A DNA stretch of 64,000 nt. Origin: Prorocentrum cordatum (lineage: Eukaryota). The stretch spans positions 248,001 to 312,000 of the forward strand of contig CAUYUJ010000048.1 in the NCBI GenBank assembly GCA_963575745.1. Direction: 5' to 3'. Position 1 is the stretch's first letter, and each line of letters begins with the position of its first letter. Both the position numbers and the translations under genes were made by a program. Positions 1-12,584 of the stretch are shown piece by piece. The notes under the pieces were generated by a model. The model saw nothing but the letters and a program-made list of their open reading frames with translations, was not told where the DNA came from and did no database searches.

Positions 1-752
1 AAGCACAACCATCACACCAGCCACCAGCTCGACCACCACCGACACAACCAACAGCACGACCCCCAGCACAACAACCGCCAGCACAACCGCCAGCACAAGC
101 ACGAGCAGAATCACCAGGACAACCACCAGGGCAACCACCAGCATAGCCACAACCAGAACAACCATCAGCGCAACCGCCAGCACAACCACCAGTACAAAAC
201 CACCAGCACAAGCACCAGCACAACCACAGGCACACAACAACCAGCACAACCACCGCCAGCACAACCTCCAACAGCACACCCACGAGCACAATCACCAGCA
301 CAACCAACAGCACAAGTACCAGCAAAACTACCACCAGCACAGCCACCAGCACAACTACCACCAGCACAACCGCTAGCACAACGACCAGCACAACCGCCAC
401 CAGCACAACCATCAGCAGCGCAATCACCAGCAAAAGCACCAAAAGCACAGCCACCAGCACAACCACCAGCACAACCACCAGCACAAGCACTACCAGCACA
501 ACCACCACGAGCACAACCATGACCAGCACCACCGCCAGCGCAGCCACCACCAGCACGACCAACACAACAATCACCACACCAACCAGCATTATCACCAGCA
601 CAACCACCACCAGCACAACCATCACCAGCACCACCATCAGCACAACAACCAGCACCACCACCAACACAACAAACACCACAACCACCAAAACCACCACCAG
701 CACTACCACCAGCGCAACCACGTCGGGCACAACCACACGCACAACCACCAGC
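1..752. repeat. Degenerate CAGCACAACCAC-type low-complexity repeat
   Basis: Continuous variants of cagcacaaccac. The Thr-rich and Gly/Cys-rich ORFs here are translations of the repeat. Confidence 0.85.
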
Positions 753-1870
753 TTCAGAACTCCACTTATCATGATGGGGACGGGGACCTTGTGTATGTAT
801 AATGTGTATACACATTCATATACATATGTATATATGTTTTTATCCACAAGCGCTTATATATTTTAATTTTACATAAATGTATACAACTGTTTTTATAAAA
901 CATGAAATAAGTGGTCGTGGCGTCGGGATCGCCTCACCGACGTGCTTTGCAAGGGAGTGTTGCCTCGGGCGCGCGAGCGTCGTCTGTTTGACAAGGTGAC
1001 AGTGGCCTCGAGAGCGCGACCGTGCTGCATTCTTGCGTGTCTCAGGCTCCCCCCCAGAAGGTCAGGCAACGCAATCCTGGGGGATGGTAGAGGGGTAGTT
1101 TTCGGGCTTCCACCATCGCGCGGTCTTCAACCATTACGGCATTGGGCGCAGAAGTGCGACCCCTATCATTAGAATATTGGAGCTGGAACTGTTCCAGGGA
1201 ACAGGAACACCTCCGCCTCGCAGCCTGTTGGCCCCGGGAGGGCTGGCGAATTCAGCTCTGCTCAGGGTATCTTTGGTGACATTTCTCGCTGGCCTCCTTT
1301 CAGGCCAAGATGTTCCTGGAGACAGCCAGAACTCTCGGTCCTTCGGAGCGCGAGTCCATGACCGTTGCGAGGCGCTTTGCAGCTTCTGCTTTTCCTGATT
1401 GCTTATTTTCTTTTCCTTCCAACGCAGTTCAATTCAGTGCAAAGTTGTCCCACGCGACTTGATGGAACATTGCGCTTTGTGATGCAAGGTTCATGATGAC
1501 CCGCCACCCATCGCAAGGCGATTGCCTGAGGCATAATCAGACATTGGACTGTTTTTCTCCGTGGCTCGTTCTCTACAGCACTTGTTGCGGAACAGCTGCA
1601 CCACATGCTCGGATTCTTGTTGCTTCTTGTCTGTAGAGATCGTGGTGCGCTTGTGTTGGGAAGTGGCACTGGCATCGAGCTGCATGGTGACGGTCTTCTG
1701 CTATCCCTTCTGCGCGCGAGGCGTGATCAGGACGTGAAGAAAGCTGCGCTCGGTTGGCGGGGGGCCGGAGCTGATGTCCGGCCGGTCGTGCCTTCGCAGG
1801 TCACGCTGCGCGACACGTGGGCTCGGCAACCAAAGTATTACGCCGCACGAGAATCGTTGCATCGAGTTAA

Positions 1871-2022
1871 GTCGGGCCTGTGCCTCTACAGGGGGAAAAT
1901 GCAAAAACAGTCACAAAATAGTATGGGGACGATTTTTTGATCATTTTTGCATATGTTTTGAGCATTTGGGGGGTATTTTTTATGCTTCGTCCAAAATCCG
2001 CCTGTAGGGGGACTCGCCTGAA
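1871..2022. mobile_element. MITE family B (~150 bp, ~22-bp TIRs GTCGGGC(C/G)TGTCCCTCTACAGG...CCTGTAGGGGGACACGCCCGAC)
   Basis: Inverted termini with an AT-rich core containing GGGGACGATTTT. Related copies at ~21552-21700, 34306-34438, 52370-52515, 56188-56331, 57427-57585 and 58118-58275. Confidence 0.7.
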
Positions 2023-2756
2023 ACACTGAGGGGCCTTGCGAATCTAAACATCTACATGGATCATGGTGGAGCAGCCTTGCTTGTCGGATTCGTGCCCATG
2101 TCATGTCAGGTAGTATCTATCTCTCAGCGGGATGCCTTGCAGGTGCCCGCCGGTCTTCGAGATCGGCTCTTGGAAGGGGGCGTCATACTGCGATAGGTCC
2201 GAGAAGGCGATTGTGCATGGCATGTGCCAGGTTCGTTTCCATCAGTTCGCCAATTGCTCACGCACTTCTCAGGCAGGGCACGCCCTGCATGGTGCACGGC
2301 CAACAAACAGCTCATGGGTGGCTTGCGGCATGGCCGTGTGCATTTTCTGGAGCTCCGTTGGATTCTCATGGAGCCCGCGGATAGGCTTCCAACTAGCGGC
2401 ATGTGCCGACGAGACTGGAAGCGCTGTATGCCACGAAGTCCAGCTAGCCAAGCTCGGACACGAACGAAGAGTGTCTGGAAAATAGAGCTCTGCAGTCTAT
2501 GCGAAGATGTGCCCTACACGGCTTATACACAAGGGCCCGTGATCGTTATAGATATGTGTATATATGTGTACGAATGTATACTTGTAGATATATATATATA
2601 CATGTGTATAGTATATCCATCGTTCCATACTAAATAGACATGAAAATAGGTGTATCTATATCGATGTGCGTAAATTTCTTTACCTGTATAACGAAGTGCA
2701 TCTATACATATGTAAGGATGTTTTCTAAGGCCGCTGAGCGGTCCGCGCGATCCAAA

Positions 2757-2965
2757 CCGGTGGCTCGTGGTCTCGGTCGTGGACTACAGTCGTGGTTCGT
2801 GCGCTGTGGTTTTTGGCTGGTGGTCTTTGGTCGTGGTCTCTGGTCGAGGCTCGTGGTCTCTGGTCATGGCTCGTGGTGTCTCGTCGTGGCTCGTGGTCTC
2901 TGGTCGTGGTCGCCGTTGGTGGTCTCTGGTCATGGCTCGTTGTTTCTGGTCGTGGTCTCTGGTCG
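2757..2965. repeat. TGGTCGTGGTCTC/GCTCG minisatellite
   Basis: Tandem degenerate short units. Confidence 0.8.
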
Positions 2966-3374
2966 CCTCCTCCTCCTCCTCCTCCTCCTCCTTCTCCCTC
3001 CCTCCCTCCCTCCCTCCTGGCACACACTCGAAGTCCCCAAGTCCGCACATGACGTGGGGCGCGCGCGTGAAACTACCTTGCACCCTGCCCCTTCTCCCTT
3101 CCTCCCTCCTCCTCTTCCTCCTCCTCCTGCTCCTTTCAGCTCCTGGCCTCTCGCATCGTTTAGGATACCGTATTGCAGTATCGTGCGCAAGGCTGAGTCC
3201 AGTGTCCTGAGGCGCTGTTTGGTGTGGATTCTGCCGCAGAGGGTATGGCCTTTCTATTCTATGCACCTGTGCTTCAATTTCTGGACACTTCTGTCCACCG
3301 TCGTTTTACGGGCGCAGTCCGTAATTGACTGACTGATTGAATTGACAATTGAATCACCAAAGCCGTCATATGGC

Positions 3375-4410
3375 AGTTTTCTTCCCGGTGTTGAGGATGT
3401 CTCGCTGGCAGTTGTTAGTCCAGGGGGTGCGGATACTTAGCAGGCAGTTTTAGGCCAGGGGCGGTGAGGATATTTCGCTTGCAGTTTTGAGCCCGGTGGT
3501 TGAGGATGTGTCGCTGGCAGTATTCGGCCAGGGGGTGAGGAGATGTAGCTGGCAAGCTTGGGCCAGGGGCGTTGAGGAAATTTCACTGGCAGTTTTGTTC
3601 GAGGAGTGTCAGGATATGTCGCTGGCAGTTTTGAGCGCGGGGTGTGAGGATATTTCGGTGGCAGTTTTAAGTCAGGGGGTGGAGGATATTTCGCTGGCAG
3701 TTTTATTCGAGGGGAGTTGAGATAGTTCGTAGGCAGTTTTGAATCCGGGGGTTGAGGATAGTTCGCTGGCAGTTATAGGCCAGGGGGTGAGGATATTTTG
3801 CTGGCAGTTTTATTCGGGGCGTGTGTGTGTGTGTGGATATTTTGCTGCCAGTTTTAAGGTTGGGGGTTGAGGATATTTCGCTGGCAGTTTTAGTCCAGGG
3901 TGTGAGGATATTTCGCTGGCAGTTTTAAGCTCGGCATGTGAGGTTCTTTCGCTGGCAGTTTTAAGTCAGGGGGTGGAGGCTATTTCGATGTCAGTTTCAA
4001 GCGAGGGATTTGAGTATATTTCGCTGGCAGTTTTAGGCCAGGGTGTTGAGGATATTTCGCAGAGGGGTGTGAGGATTTTTCGCTGGCAGTGTTGAGCCAG
4101 GGCGGTGAGGATATTTCGCCGGCAGTTTTTGGCCAGGGGGTGAGGATGTTTCGCTAGCAGTTTCAAGGGAGGGCTGTGAGGTGTTTTTGCACGTCAGGGG
4201 GTTGAGAATAGTTCGGTGGTAGTTTTAGGCCAGGGGATCAGGATATGCAGCTGGCAGTTTGAAGTCCAGGGGGAGAGGACATTTAGCTGGCAGTTTGAAG
4301 CCAGGGGCGGTGAGGATATTTCGCTAGCAGTTTCAAGCGAGGGGTTTCAGGATATTTCGCTGGCAGTCTCAAGCGAGGGTTGTGAGGATATATTACTGGC
4401 AGTTTTAAGG
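3375..4410. repeat. ~37-38 bp tandem satellite (GAGGATATTTCGCTGGCAGTTTTAGGCCAGGGGGT)
   Basis: More than 20 diverged head-to-tail copies. Confidence 0.9.
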
Positions 4411-6889
4411 CAAGTGATGGGGAGATTTCCCAGACTTGACCAAGCAGCACCATGTGCCACGCACGGGCGGTCAGGAGGGATCGGCGGATTCGTTGGTCTG
4501 GGTTTCTGCTCACGGGCTGCCAATGCGGCTTCAGCGCAGATGGCACCAAGGAGGAGAGGAGGAGGAGGAGAGGGAGGAGGAGGAGGAGGAGGAGGAGGAG
4601 GAGGAGGAGGAGGAGGAGGAGGCGGATAAGGAGGAGGAGGAGGATGGAGGCGGTGGAGGAAGGATGATACCGACGTCCTGAGGGGGGGGGGGGAGGGAGA
4701 CTGGTGGGGAGGGGGAGGAGGGATAGGAGGGAGAGGGGGAAGGCGTCGGACGAGGAGGAGGAGGTGGACGACGAGGAGGGCGGAGGAGGCGGAAGACGAG
4801 TTGGGAGTAGGAGAGGGAGGAGGCGGATGGAGGAGCCGGAGGAGTTGGACGACGTGGGGGGATGGGTGAGAGGGAGGACGGAGGACGAGGACGAAGAAGG
4901 GGTGGCGAAAGGGGGGTGGCGGAGGTAGGGCCTTAGAGGAGTCGTGGTCGGTGTGGGCATCCACGCGCCACGCGATGCAGCGTTGGGTCTTGCCCTGCCT
5001 GGCCCAGCCGTGGGGCTGGCGGGGGGCCAAGGGGCGAGCTGCCCGGTGTTTACACCAGTATTGCTTCATATCTTATATTACTACTGCCAGCTAGCGATCG
5101 AACGCAATCTTACTCCGGAGTGAATTTCAGGTATGGGGCATTGTTGCGATTTCCAATGAGGGCCCTGAGGTGGTAGGATTCGTTCGCCAGTGCCGACGCC
5201 ACAAGCGACAGGGCCTTCATCATTTGGTGAAGCCCCAGGCTTCGGGCGCAGACATTTCTTCAACCCTGCAGTTTTGCCAATTCAGACCTCATACGCTTTG
5301 TTGTTTACCAGAGCAATAAAACGTTATATGCTAAAACACCGGCCTGCGGGGGGAAAAATTCGAGACTCTCTCGAGGTGTGGGAGTCAGTCGGCTGTTGCA
5401 GCGCTCCACCGTGAGGTGCGCAATTAAGCACGAGCATCATTTGTGACCTTGCTGGTGGGACTCGGTGTGGGCAGGCGTGCTCGGCAACCTTGAGCGCAAC
5501 AAGGCCAGCCTTGCCAGCCTGAGCGCGCGCTAGCAGTGGCAGAGCGAGGGACGGCGAGTCTGGTCTGGTGCGCAGCTGGAGAAGAGCGTCCAGACATCGC
5601 AGGGCAATCCCTCGAAGCTTGCTCCCCTCCCCCTGGGAACGTGAAGAAGAGATCGTCCCTCGTTCCGTGCCGTGGCTGTGGGGCGGGCTGCGATGACGCG
5701 ACGCTCTCGCACGCGCTCCAGGGGTTGCCACGCCCTTTCGGGCGGAGCTTGCCAACGGTGGCGTTCCTGGCTGCAGGGGACTACCCCGCCGCGCCGTAGC
5801 CCGCCGTGCCAGCTGCGTGACACGGATTCCGCCTCACAAGTGGGTGGCGACATCCGGACCCTCGACCCTCCCTTGCACGGTTTCCCCCCCGGGGCCGTAG
5901 GCGACCCGAGGAGGAGGAGGAAGAGGAGGAGGAGGAGGAGGAGGAGGAGGAGGAGGAGGGGCATTTTGAAATCTAGCAGGCGCTTCTCTGGCACGTGCAG
6001 CCCTCCGGAGCCTCACGCGAGGCCAGGAACGACCACCGAAGCCCAGCCAGACGTCCGACCCGCTCCGTGCCCGAGCCCGAGGCTCGAGAGCCCCGGGTAC
6101 GATTTTCAGCGTGCAGCAGGCAGCAAGTCTGCGTGCTGGAAAGTTGGGCAGGGTGCGCGCTGCGCGCTCTGCGACGCGACGAGCCTGCCGGCGGGACGAA
6201 GACGCAGGCCCTGATCCCGTGTGGCTCCAACAGGGACCCCAGGGAAGGGGACTTCTGAGACGGGCGGTGCCGATTTCTCAAGCTCGCTCGGCTTCGCCCA
6301 CAAGGCTGCCGCAGTGCGATTTTCCACTCGCAATCGTCGAAGTCTCACAGTCAACGCCGCGGTCTCAGAAGTCCCTTTCGCTGGCGTCCGTTCAGGAAAT
6401 GTATCATAATTGCTCGTCCGCTCGTCCCGCGGCAAGCGGCCCCAGCTGGCTTGCCCCATAAGTAATGACAGCTGCTTGCACACACCGGCTGCACGAGAAC
6501 GCCATGCCGTTCGGAAAGGGAGGAGGAGGAGGAGGAGGTGCCAGGAGCATGGGCACGAGTAATGACGCGAGCAATGGGCACGGCATCGTAGCGAAGAACG
6601 GGACGGACTGGACGCCGAGAATTCGAAGAACATAGTTGACCATGAGACGGAACGCAATGCCAAGAATAATGGTATTCAATCACAATGAGGCCACTGACGC
6701 CGACACGCCAAGACGAGTGAGGAACCTATTGCAGCCCGAGCCCACGACAATATCCAAGTAAGTTGGTGGATCTGTGTACGTCCAGAACGGGGGATTTGGC
6801 CCCCATGCAACAAGGGAGGCAGATGTCTTCGCTCAATCTTGAGGTTTAGGTTTTTATGTGGTGGGGAAGACTTCGAACCAAGCGAATTC

Positions 6890-8225
6890 ATATGGCCTCT
6901 AGGGGGCTCTTGGGGGCCTCTCGGGGTGTCTTTGGGACCCATTTGGAGCCTCGGATGGACCTCTTTAGGGGCAGCTCATGGGCTTCCAGGGGCCCTCTTG
7001 CGGGCCCTCTTGGGAGCCTTGTAGGTCTTCTTGGGGTATCTAGGATGACATCGATCAAATAATGGTGGGGTTCTCAATTAGATCCCCCCTTGGGGGCTCT
7101 CTTGGGGCCGTCTTGACGCCCTCCTTGGGATCCTCTACTGGCTCTCTAGAGCCGTCTTGGAGCCATTTTGAGGCCTCGGAATGCCATCGGAAGCGAAAGG
7201 GCGAGAAGGCCACCATCATTGATTTGGCTTCTTGGGAGCCCCCAAGTCCGTTGGACCCGTCTTGGAGTGGCCTTTGGACTTCTTCCAGTAGGTTGGAAGC
7301 CATCTTCAGTGACCTCGCGCTATCTCAGGGCCTCCGGCCCATCACGCCACCGTGCCTGGGTTGTGGGCCTGAGGCCTCTTGGATGTTCGTTGGGATCTCT
7401 TCGAGGCTTCTCGGGGACTTTCTTGAGGCAGGTGTCTGAGGCCTATGAGGGGCTGTTTGGGGGCATCATTGGACATCGTTTGAGCCTCTTGGGGGCCTCG
7501 TGGGGCTTTCTTGGGGGCCTCTTAAGGGCCTCTTGGGGCCCTGGGGACCTCGTGGCGCTTCCTGGGCGCCTCTTGGGGCGGAAGGCTGAATTTTCGGTTC
7601 GTGCTCCCCCACTGGGGGCCCTCTTGGGGCTGTCTTGGGACCCTCTTAGGTAGTCTTGGGCGCCTCTTGGGCTCTTTGAGCCCTCTTGGGCCGTCTTGGG
7701 GCCCTCTTTGGGGCCATCCTGGGGGCCTCTGAGGCGTTCGTGGGTCGGTCTTGGAGGCCTCTTGGGTTGTCTTTGAGCGTCAAAAGCTCGAAAAGTCGAG
7801 AATCCGAAAAGGTTAGAGAACGTACAGGCAATACATGACTTCTGCTTATTTGAGAGTGCTCTCGGACGCCTCTTGGGCGTCCTGGACCGATGGTTCCGCG
7901 ATTCGGGGCCCTCTTGGACAGTCTTGGATAACTCTTGGGACCCTCTTGGTCCGTGTTGGGGTCCGTCTCGGGCCCGAGCAAGTCGCGCGGGACGACGTCG
8001 GGCGCCCCAGGAGATACGCGAAGAGCCCCAGGAGATTTGGCCCTTTGGGTCCGTGCTCTTCAAGGAATCTTCAGGATTGAGGGCTGAGGCTTAATGGATT
8101 TGGCCAAGGACCCGAGGACACTCCAATCGCGCCTCAGGGCACGGTGGCGGATCTTGAGCCATTTTTGGGGAAATCTCGGCCTCTCTGAGGCCCTCTTTAA
8201 GCCATCTCGGGCCATCTTGGATGCT
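6890..8225. repeat. GGGGCCTCTT/GCCGTCTTGG-rich dispersed degenerate repeat
   Basis: Same motif class recurs at ~13710-13930, 16100-17160 and 35450-35670, and inverted at ~57935-58030. Confidence 0.75.
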
Positions 8226-10789
8226 CGAACTACCCAGGAGGGGGGAGGGGTAGGTTTCAAGCTACCCCAATCCGCAAACCGTGTCATTCACTTCCACCCT
8301 CATTCCCAACACATAGGCAGCATCCGATCCTGGGGCCCAGACCCCATTGAGTTCGTGAGTCCCGCCGGAAGCGCAGCGCAGGCAATCTGAGGACACCCGC
8401 GCCGTCCTTGCCAAAGCCAATTCACAGTGATCGCGGGGCGCCGGTCAATGATTCAGATTTTGCCGCACTGTGCGCGTTGCATGGTTTTTGTCAGGGATCG
8501 TGAGTCAGCACAGGGCAGCCAAGATGAGCCCCCCCCCCGCCGCTCCCTCTGCCAAATACCGACGCCCAATGATCGCGAGGCGCCCGCACATGAGCCAGCT
8601 TTTGCCACGGCGTGCTGTGCATGATGTGCCGACAAAGATGGTGGGCCTGCGCAGGGCGGACATTTTGAAGGCACCTCTGCCATCCCCGTCGCAAGCCCGC
8701 TTACTTTGCGTAAGGGGCGCCCGCGCACGGTTCAGATGTCAGCCGCTCTGTGTAGTTTGCACTGTGTGTTTTGCCAGGGATGGTGCGCCTGTGTAGAACG
8801 GATCATGTGAGCATCCCCGCCGTCCCTGTCAAAAACCAATGCCGTTGGCCAAGCGATCGCGCATGATCCAGATTTTGGTGCAAGGCGTACTTGGTATGAT
8901 GTGTTGTTGCAAGGGATAGTGGGTGGGGGGTAGGTTCTTTCGTTTGTGCGATTGCAACCAGCGCTTTTCTGTTCTACAAGCATTGATCATCCATGATATG
9001 TTGATTTATCCTTTTTGATTATGCAGGAACTTCTTTATATCCTTCTCATCGTTACCCCAACTCTTGTGCATTCCTTTCATGGACACGCCCCATATTTGTA
9101 ATCCTTTTGTAACAGTCTTTACACAAAGGATTCCTGTTGTGGCTGTTTTACAGCATTGTTTCAAGTGTGGGGGGATCTGCAGTGGCGGCACCTTGAGCCC
9201 AGGAAAATTGGAGAGTTCAGCAGGAAAAACAGGAACAACATGACAAAACATGTTGTCACATGGGCAAATAGGAACAAGCTCGGACGACCTGTGACTACCG
9301 GTATTTTTTTGGCGCAGACGTTCCACACTTAAAATTGATTTGTAGCAGCAACAGGATTTCTTTGTGGCGACCTTACACAAGGATTTCAAGTGAGGGGGAT
9401 CTGCAGTGGCCTCCACACTTAGAGTCCTTTTGCAGCAGCCTTTACAAAGAAAATCCTTTTGTGTCGGCCTTACAAAAGGGTTTCCATTGTGGGGGGAGCT
9501 GCAGGGGCGGCACCTTGAGCCCAGGAGCGCCAGAGAGTTCAACAGGAAAAATAGTTCTAACATGAAAAAGCATGTGCTTGCACATGGAAAAATCAAGATC
9601 AACGCTGAATATTTGTGACTGCCGTTTTTTTTTGGTGCAGACGTTCCACAAGTCAAATCCTTTCGTAGCTGCCTTTGCAAAAGGATTCCTTGTGTTGCGA
9701 CCTTACACAGGGATTTCAACTGAGGGGGTCTGCATTGGCCTCCTTCTTGTAACAGCCTTTGCAAAGGGAATCCTCTTGTCGCGGCCGTGCAAAAGGGTTT
9801 TCATTGTGGGGGGATCTGCAGTGGCGGCACCTTGAGCCCAGGAAAGCTAGAGAGGAATTCAGGACAACAAACATGATACACCTGAAAAATTGCGTGCTCT
9901 CGCAGGGGAGATATGAAAACGCAGGGAAGACCTGTGAGTGCCGTTTTTTTGTTTAATGGTGCAGACGTGACACAATTAAACCCTTGCGTAGCAGACTTTG
10001 CACAAGGATTCCTTTCGTTGTAACCTTACACAAGGATGTCAAGTGTGGGGTACCTGCAGTGGCCTCCACACTCAGAATATGTTTGCGACAGCCTTTACAC
10101 AATGATTCCTTTTGTGCAGCTCCCCCCACAATGACAACCATTTTTGTAAGACCGCCACAAAAAAAGGAATTCTGTTTGCAAAGGCTGTTACAACAAAGGG
10201 TTCTAAGTGTGGAGGCCACTGCAGGTCCCATGTGAAAACACAAGCTTTTTGTTCATGTGTTCCCTGTTTTTCCTGTTGTCCTCTTTAGCTTTCCTGGGCT
10301 CAAGGTGACGCCATTGCAAATCCCCCCGCAATGAAAACCATGCTTGTAAGGCCGTCACAGCAGGACTCCCTGCGTAAAGGCTGTTGCAAAAAGGATTCGA
10401 ATTGTGGAGGCCACTGCAGATCCCCCTCACATGAAATCCTTGTGTAGTAAGGTTGCCACAAGAGGAACCCTTGTGTAAAGACTGCTACGCAAGGGTTGAC
10501 TGGTGGCACGTCTGCACCATAAAAGTACCGAGAGGCACAGGTACGTCTAGCTTTTGTTCCATAGTTTTTCCATGTGCAAACGCATGTCTGTTTATGTTTG
10601 TCCTGTTTGTCTTGTCTTCCCGTCTAGCCTTCATGGGTTCAAGGTGCCGCCATTGCAGATCCCCCTGAACCCTTTATGTAAGGCCGCCATAAAGGTTTCC
10701 ATTTGCAAAGGCCTTTACGAAGAATTCGAATCGTGGAAGCCACTGCAGATCTCCCTCAACTGAAATCCTTGTGACAGGTCGCCACAAAA

Positions 10790-12584
10790 GAGAGAAAAGT
10801 TGGAGTATAATATCCTGTCTCTGAAGGGATAAATCCACACGTAAGGTATGACTGTACTGGCAATCTAAGTGGTCTCTCGCGATCGGAGTTGGATCGGTCA
10901 GCATGTCGTTGTTGTTGCCTTGTCATATGGGGCCTCGTTGTTGCCCTGTCGGACACCACAGGCCGGTATATGGGGCGCGTTGTAGGTGGAGCCCACAGGA
11001 ATAGGGCTCAGTCAGGCAGGAATGCTGTACAGCATGACTTCTGGACTCGTCCCAGGAGAGGCCGAGGGACCCACAGCGTTGCGACAGGAACCCCGTTGAG
11101 GGGGTGCTTTGTGTCATCACGAAGACGACGGTTCATAGCATCAATGAAGATGACCACAAATGCCCGGCACCTTGATGCGCGGGGGGCGGGGGGGCCATGC
11201 ACCCCGCTTCTGAACGATGCGCCCCAGGAGGGATGGCACCAATCCCTTCCTGCGACACCGTCAGGAGGCGGCAGGGACGAGGCAGGTCTTGGGCTTCCGT
11301 CGCCGCCGCCGCCGCCGCTTGGGCCTGTCCTGGGTCGTGGGGCTGTCCGCCCTGCCGGAGCTTTCAGAGTCAGCGACGTCAGCCCATGCCATCCTCGTAG
11401 GAGTCGGCGCGGTCGTCGACCACGTCGGCGTCGAGCACGTGGGCGTCGCAGGAGTCGGAGTGGGCGTCGTGGGACGCGGCGTAGTGTAGCCGCCCTCAGA
11501 CTCGTCGGGGTTGTCGAGCCCGAGGCGTGAGAGGAGGGCTTGGACGTCGAAGCCACCATCATTGCTGCCACTGTCGGAACCACCATCGTCGGACTCGTCC
11601 TCGGAATCAACAACGTGTGCGGTCCAGTTCTCGACTACGGTCCAGGCGTCGTAGTACTCAAGGACAGTGAGGTAGGGCTCGAAGGAATCAGCCCTCCGCG
11701 GTCCGAGAAGGTTTCTGAGAGTAGCGCAGTCCGTCATCAGGGATGACTCGGGGGCTTGCTGTGTGTAGTTGCCCGAGATGAGGGTCCAAGCGGCGTCCCC
11801 CTCGTCCGCATGCTCGCAGTCCTCAGTAGTGAAACAGTAAGGCTTCAGCTCCCGCTGGATGCTTCTGATCGTTCGCAGGAGTGCAGGTTCTTCGGCCTCC
11901 TCGTCATCCAGCCACGTTGGGCGGTGCCCAGAGAGGTCGAAGCGCGTCAGGTCCTCCATAAGCTGGACCGCCAGCTCGGAGAGCTCCTTCTGCATGACGT
12001 GGGCATGCAAGGCGAGTCGGACCCAGTCGTCTGCTGGGTGTGGGGCGACCGCATCGTACCCCGTGGACTCAAAAGCGTGGATCCAGTAGAAATTGTCTGG
12101 GTCGCATTCGTCCATATCCGCCAATGTGGGCAGGTACGCGAGACAGCCCTGGCGGCACCCCATGAGGTTGTCCACCTCCGCCTCCAGGATGTTCTCGTCC
12201 CCGTTGAAACGGTGTTCACCTCCGAGGAGTGGATGAGCTTCAGGATGAAGCGGCTTCCCCAGCTGAGCTTCATCAGCCCCAGGGCTCTCAAGGAGAGCCG
12301 GAACGTGCAGGTAGGCCTGTCGGCCGCGTTCGCCATCATGGTCAGCCCGTGCAGCTTGGTTTCCCCGCCTACACTGCTCGTGCGGACCCTGCGTATCAGT
12401 TGAGCTGCTGGAGCTCGTAGGTGGTGTCGGCCTGGTTGTAGGTCGACTGGTGCGCCTCGGTCTCCAAAGGGATGCTGAGCGGCACCTCGTCATCTTGGGT
12501 CACCTCCGTGACGCATTCGCTGTACTTCGCTGCGGCGGGGGCCGTCCCATCAATCTCAACGAGGAGAGGTACAGCTTCATTGAT
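10790..12584 (-). mobile_element. 1.8-kb insertion with a 14-bp target-site duplication
   Basis: AGGTCGCCACAAAA at 10776-10789 and 12585-12598. The host repeat unit resumes in register after the second copy. Confidence 0.7.
11261..12584 (-). pseudogene. 5'-truncated, frameshifted acidic protein of unknown function inside the insertion
   Basis: 410-aa ORF 11261-12493 with non-repetitive sequence and GC3-rich codons. A second protein-like frame (12396-12584) runs up to the insertion edge. Confidence 0.5.

Noticed and set aside
165..866. Gly/Cys-rich and mucin-like ORFs
   Set aside because: Low-complexity repeat translations.
8153..8170. CTTGAGCCATTTTT as an SL relic (similar hits in the 9-13 kb repeats)
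   Set aside because: Only the GGCTCAAG end matches, and it lies inside dispersed repeats.
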